Source of the DNA: Limisphaerales bacterium
Lineage (GTDB): Bacteria; Verrucomicrobiota; Verrucomicrobiia; Limisphaerales; JAJOIW01
Direction: 5' to 3'
NCBI GenBank assembly: GCA_965657355.1
Contig: CBFHOE010000003.1
Span: forward strand, 437,222 to 501,221
Length of the DNA stretch: 64,000 nucleotides
Made by a program: the position numbers and the translations under genes
Part shown: positions 10,592 to 20,357 of the stretch, piece by piece
Layout of the letters: each line of letters begins with the position of its first letter
How positions within the stretch are numbered: the first letter of the stretch is position 1
The notes under the pieces: model-generated
Told to the model about the DNA's origin: nothing
The model's database searches: none
What the model saw: only the letters and a program-made list of their open reading frames with translations

Positions 10592-11512
10592 ATGTTTTCC
10601 CAAAGTTCATTTAAGAAAGGAGCTCTGCTACTTACCGGCTTGGTTTTCATGCAGCTTGGGCTATTGCGGTCTCAGGATGCGAATGCAGAATCAGCTGCCA
10701 ATTTGACCAAAACCTATTGTCTGGCTTGCCACCAAGTGGACAAAAAAATTGTGGGCCCTTCGTTTGTTGAAATGGCCTCAATATATAAAGACAATCCGGG
10801 AGGGTTAGTATTGTGGGCCATGAATCCGGGAAAAAAGCGCCCTGAAACTATCCAGATGCCATCAATGGCGTTTATTGGAGAGGAAAAGCTCACCAGAATT
10901 GCGGAATACATTTTAAAAGAAGCTGAAGGCAAAGAAGAGGTGCAATCGACAGGCAGCGTGAGTTCGGAAATTCCCTCTCTTGTTGATCCAGCGAGACCAA
11001 AAGTGCAAAGGATCTTTATGCCTGATGCAAGTCCCGCATCCATTGCCGTGGCCATGCCGGGAAACCTTTCCTATTGTTGGGATTCGACTTCCTGCAAACT
11101 GCGATACGTTTGGAAGGGCCAATTTATCGAGCCCATGCCGGTATGGAAAGGAAATGGCAATGGGCTGGCAAAGATAATGGGAGAAAAAGTCCTGATAACT
11201 GGCAAGCCGAGCCAAGCCTTTTTTAAGTCTGATAGCCAGCCCAAATTTATGGGATATAGGACAATTGATGGGCTTCCTGAATTCACCTACATGATCGGAT
11301 CTCAAAAAATTTCAGAGCTTATCCTTCCACTAAACGATGGTTCCGGCATTACTCAGATTTTCACCATCACCAGTGCCGGGTCTCAAGTCATCATGGATTT
11401 ATCATATTCCTCAAACCACCAAACGACTGTTTCCACAGGAACTCTCGACAACGGCATTTGGAGGGTTGATTCCAGTCCACATAATGTGATCTCACTTACT
11501 ACCAAATTTTAA
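10592..11512 (+). CDS. Periplasmic class I cytochrome c fused to a C-terminal beta-rich domain
   Basis: Signal peptide, CLACH heme motif, VGPS, distal MPSM; C-terminal RIFMPDASP...LRYVWKG domain. Confidence 0.85.
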   Translation: MFSQSSFKKGALLLTGLVFMQLGLLRSQDANAESAANLTKTYCLACHQVDKKIVGPSFVEMASIYKDNPGGLVLWAMNPGKKRPETIQMPSMAFIGEEKLTRIAEYILKEAEGKEEVQSTGSVSSEIPSLVDPARPKVQRIFMPDASPASIAVAMPGNLSYCWDSTSCKLRYVWKGQFIEPMPVWKGNGNGLAKIMGEKVLITGKPSQAFFKSDSQPKFMGYRTIDGLPEFTYMIGSQKISELILPLNDGSGITQIFTITSAGSQVIMDLSYSSNHQTTVSTGTLDNGIWRVDSSPHNVISLTTKF

Positions 11513-11532
11513 TCCTTCAAATAACTGCACCA

Positions 11533-13074
11533 ATGCTACAAATGATCAATTTGAAAAGAACCGCTTTTTTCTGTTTATTCCTTGCCATTCACTCACTCAG
11601 CCACGGACAAGCAGATATATCCAAGCATTACCTTGTAGAGGATGTTCCTACACCTATTGGAATGGACCCCCAAGTTGGAGGTATTGATTTTACACCTGAT
11701 GGAAGGTTGGCCGCTTGTTTTCATCGAGGAGAAGTCTACACATTCAACCCCAGCACTGGAGTCTGGAAACTCTTTGCCGAAGGTCTGCAGGAGCCCTTAG
11801 GCCTCGTTGCCGTTTCCAATCATGAACTGGTCGTTATGCAGCGGTCAGAATTAACACGTCTCCAGGACCTGGATCTCGATGGTAAAGCGGATGCTTACAC
11901 GAATCTATGGAATGGTTTTGGCATGACAGGTAACTATCATGAATTTGCATTCGGGCCAGTGCGAGATGCCCAAGGCAATTTTTACGTCTCACTAAATCTC
12001 GCATCAAACGGCGCTTCGATTAGACCTGAAATTCGTGGCCAATTTCACCCTATTGGCCTGGCTAAAGAAGATTTTTACGATAAGCCGTGGTCGAAGGTTA
12101 AGAATATCGCTGGAAGAATGTATTCTAGGGTTCCATGGAGAGGGTGGGTAATCAAGGTGTCACCAAACGGAAAAGTTCAACCCTTTGCCAGCGGGTTTCG
12201 CTCCCCTAATGGTTTGGGCTTTGACAATAAGGGCAATCTTTTTGTAACTGACAATCAAGGCGACTGGCTAGGAACAAGCAAATGTTATCATGTTCAAAAA
12301 GGTGGCTTTTATGGCCATCCTGCATCACTTGTCTGGAAAAATGACTGGAACGAAAACCCATTGGAGACGCCAGTTGAAAAGCTAAATCAATTGAGAAGTC
12401 CTGCAGCCTTCTTATTCCCGCAAGGTGAAGTTGCGAATTCTCCGACACAACCTATATGCGATACCACCGGAGGTAAATTTGGTCCTTTTGATGGTCAGAT
12501 GCTGGTAGGAGAAATGAATGTTCCTCGCATTCTGAGACTACTCCAGGACGAAGTCGATGGTAATGTCCAGGGGGCTGTCGTGACCTTCATTGAAAATGCC
12601 GGTTTGAGAAGAGGTATCCATAGGCTTGCATTCAGCCCGGACAAAAAATCTCTCTATATCGGACAGACGGCACTATCATGGGCCGGCTCAAAAGGGATTC
12701 AGCGCATCAAATATACAGGCGTTAGCCCGATGGAAATTGTTGGCATCAAGGCTATGAAAAAAGGTTTCAAGCTCTCCTTCAATCAAAAGATTGGAATGGA
12801 TAGTGTGTCTTCACTCCCATCAACCTATAAAACCTGGACTTACCATTACCATAAATCCTACGGTTCCCCTAAAGTTGACGCTCAAGAAACTAAACTGAAA
12901 TCAATCCGTATCTCGGATGATGGGAAATCGCTCTTTTTTGAAACGGAGCCACATAAAAAAGGGTTCATACATGAATTTAATATTGCAGGGTTGAAATCCC
13001 AAGACGGTACCAAACTCATCAATGGCAAAGTGACATACCACATGGTGGAAACCCCTGCTGCCAAAAGCCTTTGA
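11533..13074 (+). CDS. Secreted glucose/sorbosone-dehydrogenase-like beta-propeller protein
   Basis: Signal peptide; GLQEPLGL, GNYHEFAFG, SGFRSPNGLG, TDNQGDW, FYGHP motifs. Confidence 0.8.
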   Translation: MLQMINLKRTAFFCLFLAIHSLSHGQADISKHYLVEDVPTPIGMDPQVGGIDFTPDGRLAACFHRGEVYTFNPSTGVWKLFAEGLQEPLGLVAVSNHELVVMQRSELTRLQDLDLDGKADAYTNLWNGFGMTGNYHEFAFGPVRDAQGNFYVSLNLASNGASIRPEIRGQFHPIGLAKEDFYDKPWSKVKNIAGRMYSRVPWRGWVIKVSPNGKVQPFASGFRSPNGLGFDNKGNLFVTDNQGDWLGTSKCYHVQKGGFYGHPASLVWKNDWNENPLETPVEKLNQLRSPAAFLFPQGEVANSPTQPICDTTGGKFGPFDGQMLVGEMNVPRILRLLQDEVDGNVQGAVVTFIENAGLRRGIHRLAFSPDKKSLYIGQTALSWAGSKGIQRIKYTGVSPMEIVGIKAMKKGFKLSFNQKIGMDSVSSLPSTYKTWTYHYHKSYGSPKVDAQETKLKSIRISDDGKSLFFETEPHKKGFIHEFNIAGLKSQDGTKLINGKVTYHMVETPAAKSL

Positions 13075-13084
13075 TGACAGACTT

Positions 13085-13501
13085 TTAATTTATTTTGGGT
13101 CGATTTGGTTTTTGGCCCTTCCTTTTCTTTGGTTTTTTCCTGGGCGGAATTAATGGCACATATTCCGTTTTGGGAGCCTTAGATTTTGACCGACATTGGG
13201 GGCAAATATTATACGGGCGGGAAGGACGAAACTGAGCCCTCGAAAATACGATACCAGAAACGATCATCAACAAAATAGAGATGACGTAGGCCAAAGTTTC
13301 TTGAACAAATAATATACCAAATGCGATCAGGATGAGGGACAAAAAACTTGCCCAGTCAATACTCTTTAACCCTCGCTCGAGCCTTGTTCGTGCCCTTCCT
13401 ACATAACCACATTTTATGCATTCCCAACGGTTTTTCTGGGAATTCTCTTCTCCTTCCATACGGAAATGAGATTGCTTTGAAGAATCTTCATCCTTCATCA
13501 T
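13085..13501 (-). CDS. Small membrane protein with split CxxC...CxxC zinc ribbon (LITAF-like)
   Basis: CIKC, two hydrophobic segments, CPQC, Lys/Arg-rich tail. Confidence 0.65.
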   Translation of the reverse strand: MMKDEDSSKQSHFRMEGEENSQKNRWECIKCGYVGRARTRLERGLKSIDWASFLSLILIAFGILFVQETLAYVISILLMIVSGIVFSRAQFRPSRPYNICPQCRSKSKAPKTEYVPLIPPRKKPKKRKGQKPNRPKIN

Positions 13502-13624
13502 TCATCATTCAAATTATTAAAATTATAGGATCCTCTTTTTTAGTCACGGGGCATTTTTTCGTCAATGAGATTTCCGCGAGAAATTTCCTTTAAACGACGA
13601 ATCTTAATCATTATTATTGAGGGA

Positions 13625-15718
13625 ATGAACTCGCGACGATCTTTCCTCAAGGCTTCATCCACTGCTTTCCTTTCGTCGGTTTTAGTCAATTCACAACCAC
13701 ATCTTTCAGGCTCAACAAATGACATCGAAATGTCTGCAGGGGAGTTGTTCACCAAAAACTACCTCCAAGATTATTACCTGAAGAAGCTTTCATATAATTC
13801 GTTTATAAGGTCTGCAGAAAGACGGGGTGTCCTCACTGCAATGGATGTGGAGCGTTTAAAGGATGAAGTCAAAAAAAAGACGAGGTCGTGCTATGGTAGG
13901 CTTCCTAAAAAAACACCTTTAAATGTTAAAATAACAGGCGAGACCAAGCGAGAGTCTTACGTCATCCAAAACCTTATTTATCACAGCAGACCAAATTATC
14001 CCGTAACGGCAAATCTATATCTGCCTAAAGATGGCCCTGAAAAGAAACCTGCTGTTTTATGCACTTGCGGTCATTCGTCTAATGGCAAGGCCTATGGTCT
14101 TTATCAAGAATTCGCCAGGCATCTTGCAAGAATGGGATATATTTCACTGATTTATGATCCACCAGGACAGGGTGAAAGGATTGAATACAATAATATTCCC
14201 GCTAAAAGAAACATACGGCACGGCACATACGTACATAACCACTTAGGTAATCTGATGTCACTCAATGGTGATAATTTTGCAGCCTGGGCGGCTTGGGACG
14301 GAATTAGAGGTATTGACTATTTAGTATCTCGGCCGGATGTAGATCCCAAAAGAATTGGAGTTACGGGAAATTCTGGTGGTGGGACCCAGTCTTCTCACAT
14401 CAACTGCCTGGATGATAGGCTAGCATTTAGTGCCCCGAGCTGTTTTGTTACCCAATTTATATACAATTTGAAGAACGAGTTACCTACCGATGCAGAGCAA
14501 GTTATCCCTGGATGGATAAATCAGGGACTGGATATGGCAGACTTTTTTGTGCCCCACATCCCAAGACCAGTCATTCTCATTGGTCAGAAAAAAGACTTTT
14601 TTGATTATCGAGGACTCAATGCCGTATATGAGGAGCTTAAACGCCTATACACCATCGCAGGAAAGCCGGAAAATATACAACTTCATCTTGGTCCCGGTTC
14701 CCATGGCTTTCATCCAGACGGTAGAACGGCCATGTACAAGTTCTTTAATTCATTTTCAGGTGTTGAAGCTTCTTTGATAGAACCAGATGAGGATGTTGAG
14801 GACGACTCCATACTTCACGCATCGCCCCAAGGTCGTATTTTAAATCTCAGCCCCAAAACGACTTGGGATTTTATTGCTGAAAAAGCACAAAGAATTTGCG
14901 AAAGGCGAAAACAACTCTCTATTTCCGGGCGGCTTCCTAAGTTGGTTCAAGAGGCATTGGCCATCGAGGTTTCTGAATATAAAAATTCAGTGCCTGGTCA
15001 TATTAGATTTGATCCAGTATCATTCAAAAATGATGGTCCGTTCACAGGAGATATAAATTGTGTCGCCTCATATTTGATTTCTAATGAACCTCCGTCTCAT
15101 TGTTTTTTGCAGCGACATGAATGGGCTAACCCGTCGGCTGATGAAAAGATGATGGATTCCAGTGTTCATCTCCACGTTTCTCATCTTTCCTCCAAAGAAG
15201 ATTTAAAAAACACAGAGGTGCTGAACCTATTATCAAAAACTTCCCAAGTTCTGTATACCCTTGATGTTCGAGGGTCAGGACCTTTGCACATAAATATAGC
15301 AGGGGATAGAGGGGGCGATTTTCTTCAGTATTACGGAGGTGATTACATGTACGCCAACCATGGTTTATTACTGAGTTCTCCTCTCTCAGGTCGTCGAGTT
15401 CTTGATGTTTTATCTTCTTTTCAGTGGTTGAGATCGCGAGGGTATAAAAATATTTCTGTCTCAGGTCGTGGTATAGGATCCCTTTATGTTCAGCTCGCCG
15501 TTGCATTGGATCCAAAAATACAATCAGTGACCCTCATCGAAAATCTCGATTCTTTCGAATCGCTCACGAAAAACCCTCGATATCAGTGGCCATTTTCGGC
15601 GATGATTCCTGGTGTTCTCAGATATTTTGATTTGCCACAAGTAAGGAATTACTTATCCGAAAGGCTTGATTTAAAAATTGTTTCTAACCTATCTTCCGAT
15701 CAACTGCATATTAAATAA
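13625..15718 (+). CDS. Tat-exported alpha/beta hydrolase (acetylxylan esterase-like)
   Basis: Start moved to ATG 13625 giving MNSRRSFLK twin-arginine signal; CGHS, DPPGQGER, GNSGGG nucleophile, GSHGF; second hydrolase-like half. Confidence 0.85.
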   Translation: MNSRRSFLKASSTAFLSSVLVNSQPHLSGSTNDIEMSAGELFTKNYLQDYYLKKLSYNSFIRSAERRGVLTAMDVERLKDEVKKKTRSCYGRLPKKTPLNVKITGETKRESYVIQNLIYHSRPNYPVTANLYLPKDGPEKKPAVLCTCGHSSNGKAYGLYQEFARHLARMGYISLIYDPPGQGERIEYNNIPAKRNIRHGTYVHNHLGNLMSLNGDNFAAWAAWDGIRGIDYLVSRPDVDPKRIGVTGNSGGGTQSSHINCLDDRLAFSAPSCFVTQFIYNLKNELPTDAEQVIPGWINQGLDMADFFVPHIPRPVILIGQKKDFFDYRGLNAVYEELKRLYTIAGKPENIQLHLGPGSHGFHPDGRTAMYKFFNSFSGVEASLIEPDEDVEDDSILHASPQGRILNLSPKTTWDFIAEKAQRICERRKQLSISGRLPKLVQEALAIEVSEYKNSVPGHIRFDPVSFKNDGPFTGDINCVASYLISNEPPSHCFLQRHEWANPSADEKMMDSSVHLHVSHLSSKEDLKNTEVLNLLSKTSQVLYTLDVRGSGPLHINIAGDRGGDFLQYYGGDYMYANHGLLLSSPLSGRRVLDVLSSFQWLRSRGYKNISVSGRGIGSLYVQLAVALDPKIQSVTLIENLDSFESLTKNPRYQWPFSAMIPGVLRYFDLPQVRNYLSERLDLKIVSNLSSDQLHIK

Positions 15719-15729
15719 TGATTTTATCA

Positions 15730-16215
15730 TTATTCCTTCACAGTGATTGGTTCGGGGACGTTTGTGTAATCCACTGGAACAGCATTTGTTGAATAACTGA
15801 TTTTGAGGTCTGGAGCAGGACTCCAAGGAATTTCTTTTCTGTTCACAATCAATGCCCTCTTCATGAGCTCAATTTCGTTGCCAAATGCTGAGAACGTCAC
15901 AACCCCGGGAAGAAACATAAGGTCATGATATATAAACTTCCCAAATGGAAGCTCTTCATTTACATTTGTAAATGATACATCCTTGTTAACGATGGTGTTT
16001 TGCACAGGGATGTTTGCAATTGATATCACGGCATTAGTAATGCCTTTTTTGTGATTATTTATGGTGAGTCGTGCAGTGGAGTTTGTGTCAGTCCTAAAAT
16101 TTACAACCCAAGGACCATTATGCAATCTGAGATGTTCCATTCCCTTCCAAAGGAGAATGTAAGAGATAAGTGTGCCTAGGAACAAATATAACAGTGCGAA
16201 TTTTTTGAACCTCAT
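15730..16215 (-). CDS. Hypothetical membrane-anchored protein
   Basis: Single N-terminal hydrophobic helix after MRFKK; fills the gap between flanking genes. Confidence 0.65.
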   Translation of the reverse strand: MRFKKFALLYLFLGTLISYILLWKGMEHLRLHNGPWVVNFRTDTNSTARLTINNHKKGITNAVISIANIPVQNTIVNKDVSFTNVNEELPFGKFIYHDLMFLPGVVTFSAFGNEIELMKRALIVNRKEIPWSPAPDLKISYSTNAVPVDYTNVPEPITVKE

Positions 16216-16280
16216 AGTCAAAGATGACCATCGTCGCGATCCCGATAAAGTCAAGTGAACTCTGATTTTAATCTCATATC

Positions 16281-17447
16281 ATGAATGAAAAAGATGCCTT
16301 TTTAGTTTTGAACATGTTGGCAAAAATCGGTCCTGTAACCGTTATTAGGCTTTTAAAGGAATACGGAAGTGCCGCGGCCATTTTAAAAGAGAAACCTGCA
16401 ACACTTGAACTATTTCCAGCAGATGGAGAACATTTCCATAAAGGGGATTCTCCTCTTGTCCTGATTCGTAATTGGCAAAATCGGATTAATCTTTCACGTG
16501 AACTCAAATTGATTGAAAAAAATGATATAGATATACTCACATTAAAATGCAGTAGCTACCCTGGGCTTTTGAAAGAAATTCCTGACCCTCCAATCGTCCT
16601 CTACATCAAAGGTCATCACCAGGTATTTCAGAACGATTTTCTCAGCATCGTTGGAAGCAGAAAAACCAGTGACTACGGAGTTCAAACAACTAGCAAAATA
16701 GCCACCTCTTTGGCTTTGAACGGTATCGGAGTTATCAGTGGAGGCGCGCGTGGCATTGATACAGCAGCCCATTGGGCGACAGTCCATGCAAATGGTATTT
16801 CCATATGCGTCCTTGGACATGGTATGGGGCAAACTTATCCGGCAGAAAATGAAGCTCTTTACGGGAAACTCGCCGAAAAGGGGGCTGTAATAACTCAATT
16901 TCCATACGACCGGAAAGGAGATAGACAAACTTTCCCAATCCGAAATCGCATTGTCGCAGGATTAACAATGGGAACCATTGTCGTCGAAGCATCTCTAGCC
17001 AGTGGCGCGATGATCACAGCACAAATGGCTCTTGACTATAATCGTGAGGTTTATGCTGTTCCAGGAACATATGGTTCCACAAATAGTCAAGGGTGCCATC
17101 AGCTCATACGTGATGGTGCAACCTTGCTCGATTCCATGGAACCCATTATCCAAAACAGTCGCCAGCTATTCCCAAATTCCACCAAGATCTCAATAAGCCA
17201 AAAACCTCAAAAGACGGCTCAGAAAATGGTCTCTAATGAAAATTCTTTTCGATTCATTGAATCGTCCCTCGAGCCCAATCAACAGTGTATTTTAAAAATT
17301 CTCGGTCCCAACCCCATTCAACTAGATCAAATTGTTCAACAATCTCAACTTCCTGTTCCCATTGTTCAGGTAGCGTTACTCAAACTCGAAATGCTCGACC
17401 TTATCACATCACACGCCGGGAATAATTTTTCCCAAAACTTTAAATAA
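16281..17447 (+). CDS. dprA: DNA-processing protein DprA
   Basis: IVGSRK, SGGARGIDTAAH, FPIRNRIVAG, SGAMITA, C-terminal winged helix. Confidence 0.96.
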   Translation: MNEKDAFLVLNMLAKIGPVTVIRLLKEYGSAAAILKEKPATLELFPADGEHFHKGDSPLVLIRNWQNRINLSRELKLIEKNDIDILTLKCSSYPGLLKEIPDPPIVLYIKGHHQVFQNDFLSIVGSRKTSDYGVQTTSKIATSLALNGIGVISGGARGIDTAAHWATVHANGISICVLGHGMGQTYPAENEALYGKLAEKGAVITQFPYDRKGDRQTFPIRNRIVAGLTMGTIVVEASLASGAMITAQMALDYNREVYAVPGTYGSTNSQGCHQLIRDGATLLDSMEPIIQNSRQLFPNSTKISISQKPQKTAQKMVSNENSFRFIESSLEPNQQCILKILGPNPIQLDQIVQQSQLPVPIVQVALLKLEMLDLITSHAGNNFSQNFK

Positions 17448-17655
17448 CGAATTTTAGAGAAAAATGCGCCTAAATTGCTTGTTATTGCCTGATTTTTAGG
17501 ATAAAACACAAAATTCGCTCGTCTTTGGTTTGACAAAGCTCGATTTAGGCGAAATTGCAACATTAACTAAACTCTACAGTCGATTGGTCTCCGCGACTCG
17601 TAGAAAAAAACACGAGACCATCATCGCCGGGGGAAAAGCCCTGGTTTATCGCATT

Positions 17656-19347
17656 ATGCTAACAATGGAAGAAGTCCTGGAGAAGCAAAACCTTAATTTT
17701 GCCCCAGGTCAAATCGTGAAAGGCCTCGTTGTTGAGGTCCGAAGCAAGGAAATAATGGTCGACATCGGATACAAAAGTGAAGGTGTCATCAACGCAAACG
17801 AATTCGAGAACGCTGAAGAAATTTCAACCGGTGACGAGGTTGAAGTTTTTATTGAGAGGCTAGAAGACCGCAATGGAATGGTCGTTCTCTCCAAAGAAAA
17901 AGCCGAATTCAAGCAGAATTGGGAAAAGATTCTTACTATTTGTAATGAAGGCGGTACCGTAAACGGTCGCGTCAAAGGAGTCGTCAAAGGAGGCCTGATT
18001 GTCAATATTGGCGTTGAGGCATTCCTCCCCGCATCTCAAATCGATGTCATCCCCCCAAAAAATCTCAATGCCTACATGGGCAACACCTACCAATTCAAGG
18101 TGGTCAAGATTAATCAGGAAAGACAAAATATAGTTCTTTCACGTCGTGAATTGATTGAACAGGAGCGTATCGAAAAACGTGGTAAGCTCCTTGAGGACAT
18201 GATGCCAGGGGATATCCGTAAAGGTACTGTCAAAAATATCACTGATTTTGGTGCGTTCATCGACCTTAATGGCATTGATGGGCTCCTTCACATCACTGAC
18301 ATGAGCTGGGGTCGAATCGGGCACCCATCTGAAATGCTCACTGTTGGACAGGAAATTGATGTTGTTATCCTCGATATCAACCGCGACAAAGAACGCGTCT
18401 CACTCGGTCTTAAGCAGAAGCTTACTAATCCTTGGGATAATATCGATGACAAGTATCCTGTTGGTGCTAAAGTTGGCGGTAAAGTCGTCAATCTGGTTCC
18501 TTACGGTGCGTTTGTTGAACTCGAGCCAGGTGTTGAAGGTCTCGTCCACGTCACAGAATTGTCTTGGACAAAGAGAATTGCAAAACCATCCGACGTTCTC
18601 AAAGTAGATCAAGATTTGGAAGCTGTTGTCCTCGGTATCAATCGTGACGAGCAGAAAATTTCTCTCGGCATAAGACAGCTCGAAGCCAATCCATGGGATG
18701 AATCTGAAAACAGGTATCCAATCGGTTCTAAAATTAAAGGAAAAGTTCGAAACCTTACCAGCTATGGTGCCTTTATCGAACTAGAAGAAGGCCTGGATGG
18801 TATGGTTCACGTCTCCGATATATCGTGGACACGGAAAATTAACCACCCATCTGAAGTCCTCAAGAAAAGCGAAGAAGTTGAAGCCGTCGTCCTTGAGATC
18901 GACCGGGAAAACCAGAGGATTGCGCTCGGTGTCAAGCAGCTCTCAGAAGATCCATGGGAGAAAATTGATGAACTCTACAAAGTCGGCGATCTCGTGGAGG
19001 GCAAAGTCACCAAGCTCGCAAGCTTTGGTGCCTTTGTTGGACTGGAACACGATATTGATGGACTTGTCCACATCTCACAGGTCAGCGAAGACCGGGTGGA
19101 AAAAATTAAGAACGTCCTCTCAGTTGGTCAAGATGTCAGCGCCCGCGTTATCAAAATCGATAAAGCAGAACGTCGAATCGGTCTTTCTATCAAGGCTGCT
19201 AATTACTCTCCCGAGCAATTGCAAGCCGAGCAGGAAGTTCTCGATTCCCTCAAACCTGGTGAAGATCTTGTGGCATTGCAACACGCTTTCGACGCTGTTG
19301 ACGACGCCGTTCGCTCACCAGAAGAAGAGGAACAAAACGAGGGTTAA
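17656..19347 (+). CDS. rpsA: 30S ribosomal protein S1
   Basis: Six S1 repeats (FGAFIDL, DGLLHITD, YGAFVEL, etc.); start placed at ATG 17656 rather than TTG 17530. Confidence 0.97.
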   Translation: MLTMEEVLEKQNLNFAPGQIVKGLVVEVRSKEIMVDIGYKSEGVINANEFENAEEISTGDEVEVFIERLEDRNGMVVLSKEKAEFKQNWEKILTICNEGGTVNGRVKGVVKGGLIVNIGVEAFLPASQIDVIPPKNLNAYMGNTYQFKVVKINQERQNIVLSRRELIEQERIEKRGKLLEDMMPGDIRKGTVKNITDFGAFIDLNGIDGLLHITDMSWGRIGHPSEMLTVGQEIDVVILDINRDKERVSLGLKQKLTNPWDNIDDKYPVGAKVGGKVVNLVPYGAFVELEPGVEGLVHVTELSWTKRIAKPSDVLKVDQDLEAVVLGINRDEQKISLGIRQLEANPWDESENRYPIGSKIKGKVRNLTSYGAFIELEEGLDGMVHVSDISWTRKINHPSEVLKKSEEVEAVVLEIDRENQRIALGVKQLSEDPWEKIDELYKVGDLVEGKVTKLASFGAFVGLEHDIDGLVHISQVSEDRVEKIKNVLSVGQDVSARVIKIDKAERRIGLSIKAANYSPEQLQAEQEVLDSLKPGEDLVALQHAFDAVDDAVRSPEEEEQNEG

Positions 19348-19381
19348 TGACAGAGACTCGCTAGTTATTTTAATTATTCGC

Positions 19382-19412
19382 AAAGAGGCCAATTCATTGG
19401 CCTCTTTTTTTT
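19382..19412 (+). terminator. rpsA intrinsic terminator
   Basis: AAAGAGGCCAAT/ATTGGCCTCTTT stem plus 8 T. Confidence 0.9.
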
Positions 19413-19495
19413 ATGAAATTTTATGAAATAAATCCCGAAGATCAGCGAATCATTTAATATTTAACTATGATTTTGATCTTTTGATCTTTTAATTT

Positions 19496-20122
19496 TTGAC
19501 AGTCATGATGGATGTATACTCTGATGATCAGTCCTGCCGGACTAGAATAACTCTTATTCAAAGGCTTGGAGATCGCCTTGAGTCAGATTGGCAGCAGTTT
19601 TTTGATACTTATTGGCGATTGATATACCACGAAGCACAAAAAAAGAATTTATCCCCCGCTGATTGTGAGGAGGTTGTTCAAGATACAATAATGGCAATTT
19701 TTAAAAATGCTGAATCATTCCGATATGATCCGGCCAAAGGAAAATTCCGAAGCTACCTCATGACCGTCACTCGAAACAAAATCAATGACCGTTATAGGCA
19801 GCTTTACAAAGAGGATAGGATGAGAGAATTAAATCCAAGCCTCACTCATCTAAATCACAGTTCAAACAATCCCAATGAATTAGAAAGCGAATGGGGAGAA
19901 GAATGGAAAAAAAATATACTCCACGCTGCCATGGACAATATTAAAAAAAAAATCAATCCCAAGCATTTCCAAGTCTTTTATTTTCTCAATTTTGAAGACC
20001 TTTCTCCGAAAGAGGTGAGTCAATTCTTAAAGATTAATCGAATGCAAATTTATATTATTAATTTTCGAGTTAAAAAAGCTCTCACAGACGAAGCCAGAAG
20101 GTTGGAAAAAGAGTTTGTTTGA
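19496..20122 (+). CDS. ECF-type sigma-70 factor
   Basis: TRITLIQRL...WQQFFDTYWRLIY, DCEEVVQD, FRYDPAKGKFRSYL, C-terminal HTH; start possibly ATG 19505/19508. Confidence 0.9.
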   Translation: MTVMMDVYSDDQSCRTRITLIQRLGDRLESDWQQFFDTYWRLIYHEAQKKNLSPADCEEVVQDTIMAIFKNAESFRYDPAKGKFRSYLMTVTRNKINDRYRQLYKEDRMRELNPSLTHLNHSSNNPNELESEWGEEWKKNILHAAMDNIKKKINPKHFQVFYFLNFEDLSPKEVSQFLKINRMQIYIINFRVKKALTDEARRLEKEFV

Positions 20123-20357
20123 TTATATAGTAATTGCTGTCCTCGACGACCTATTGGGTTCTATAAGAATTACAAAAAGATTCTCATTAAGTTGGTAATA
20201 CGCAAAAAAATATCTCATGGACGACTTATCCACGAATACTGAAAACGGTCATCGTATAGCCCGTATGGAAAGGAAACTTAAGTCAAATTGTGACTCAAAA
20301 TTAAAGGGAGTGCACACATCAAAAAATCATCACATTCGATGATGGTTATGGTAGGAG

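Noticed and set aside
16490..16505. parS-like TTTCACGTGAA inside dprA
   Set aside because: Only 12/16 match, broken outer palindrome, single copy
17530..17655. 42 aa N-terminal extension of S1 from TTG 17530
   Set aside because: Not S1-like; the TTG is part of a TTGACA and the region looks like promoter/leader
18797..19426. 209 aa alternative-frame ORF in rpsA, and other long shadow ORFs (e.g. 3200..3964, 33061..33525, 59613..60071)
   Set aside because: They overlap well-supported genes and have no motifs
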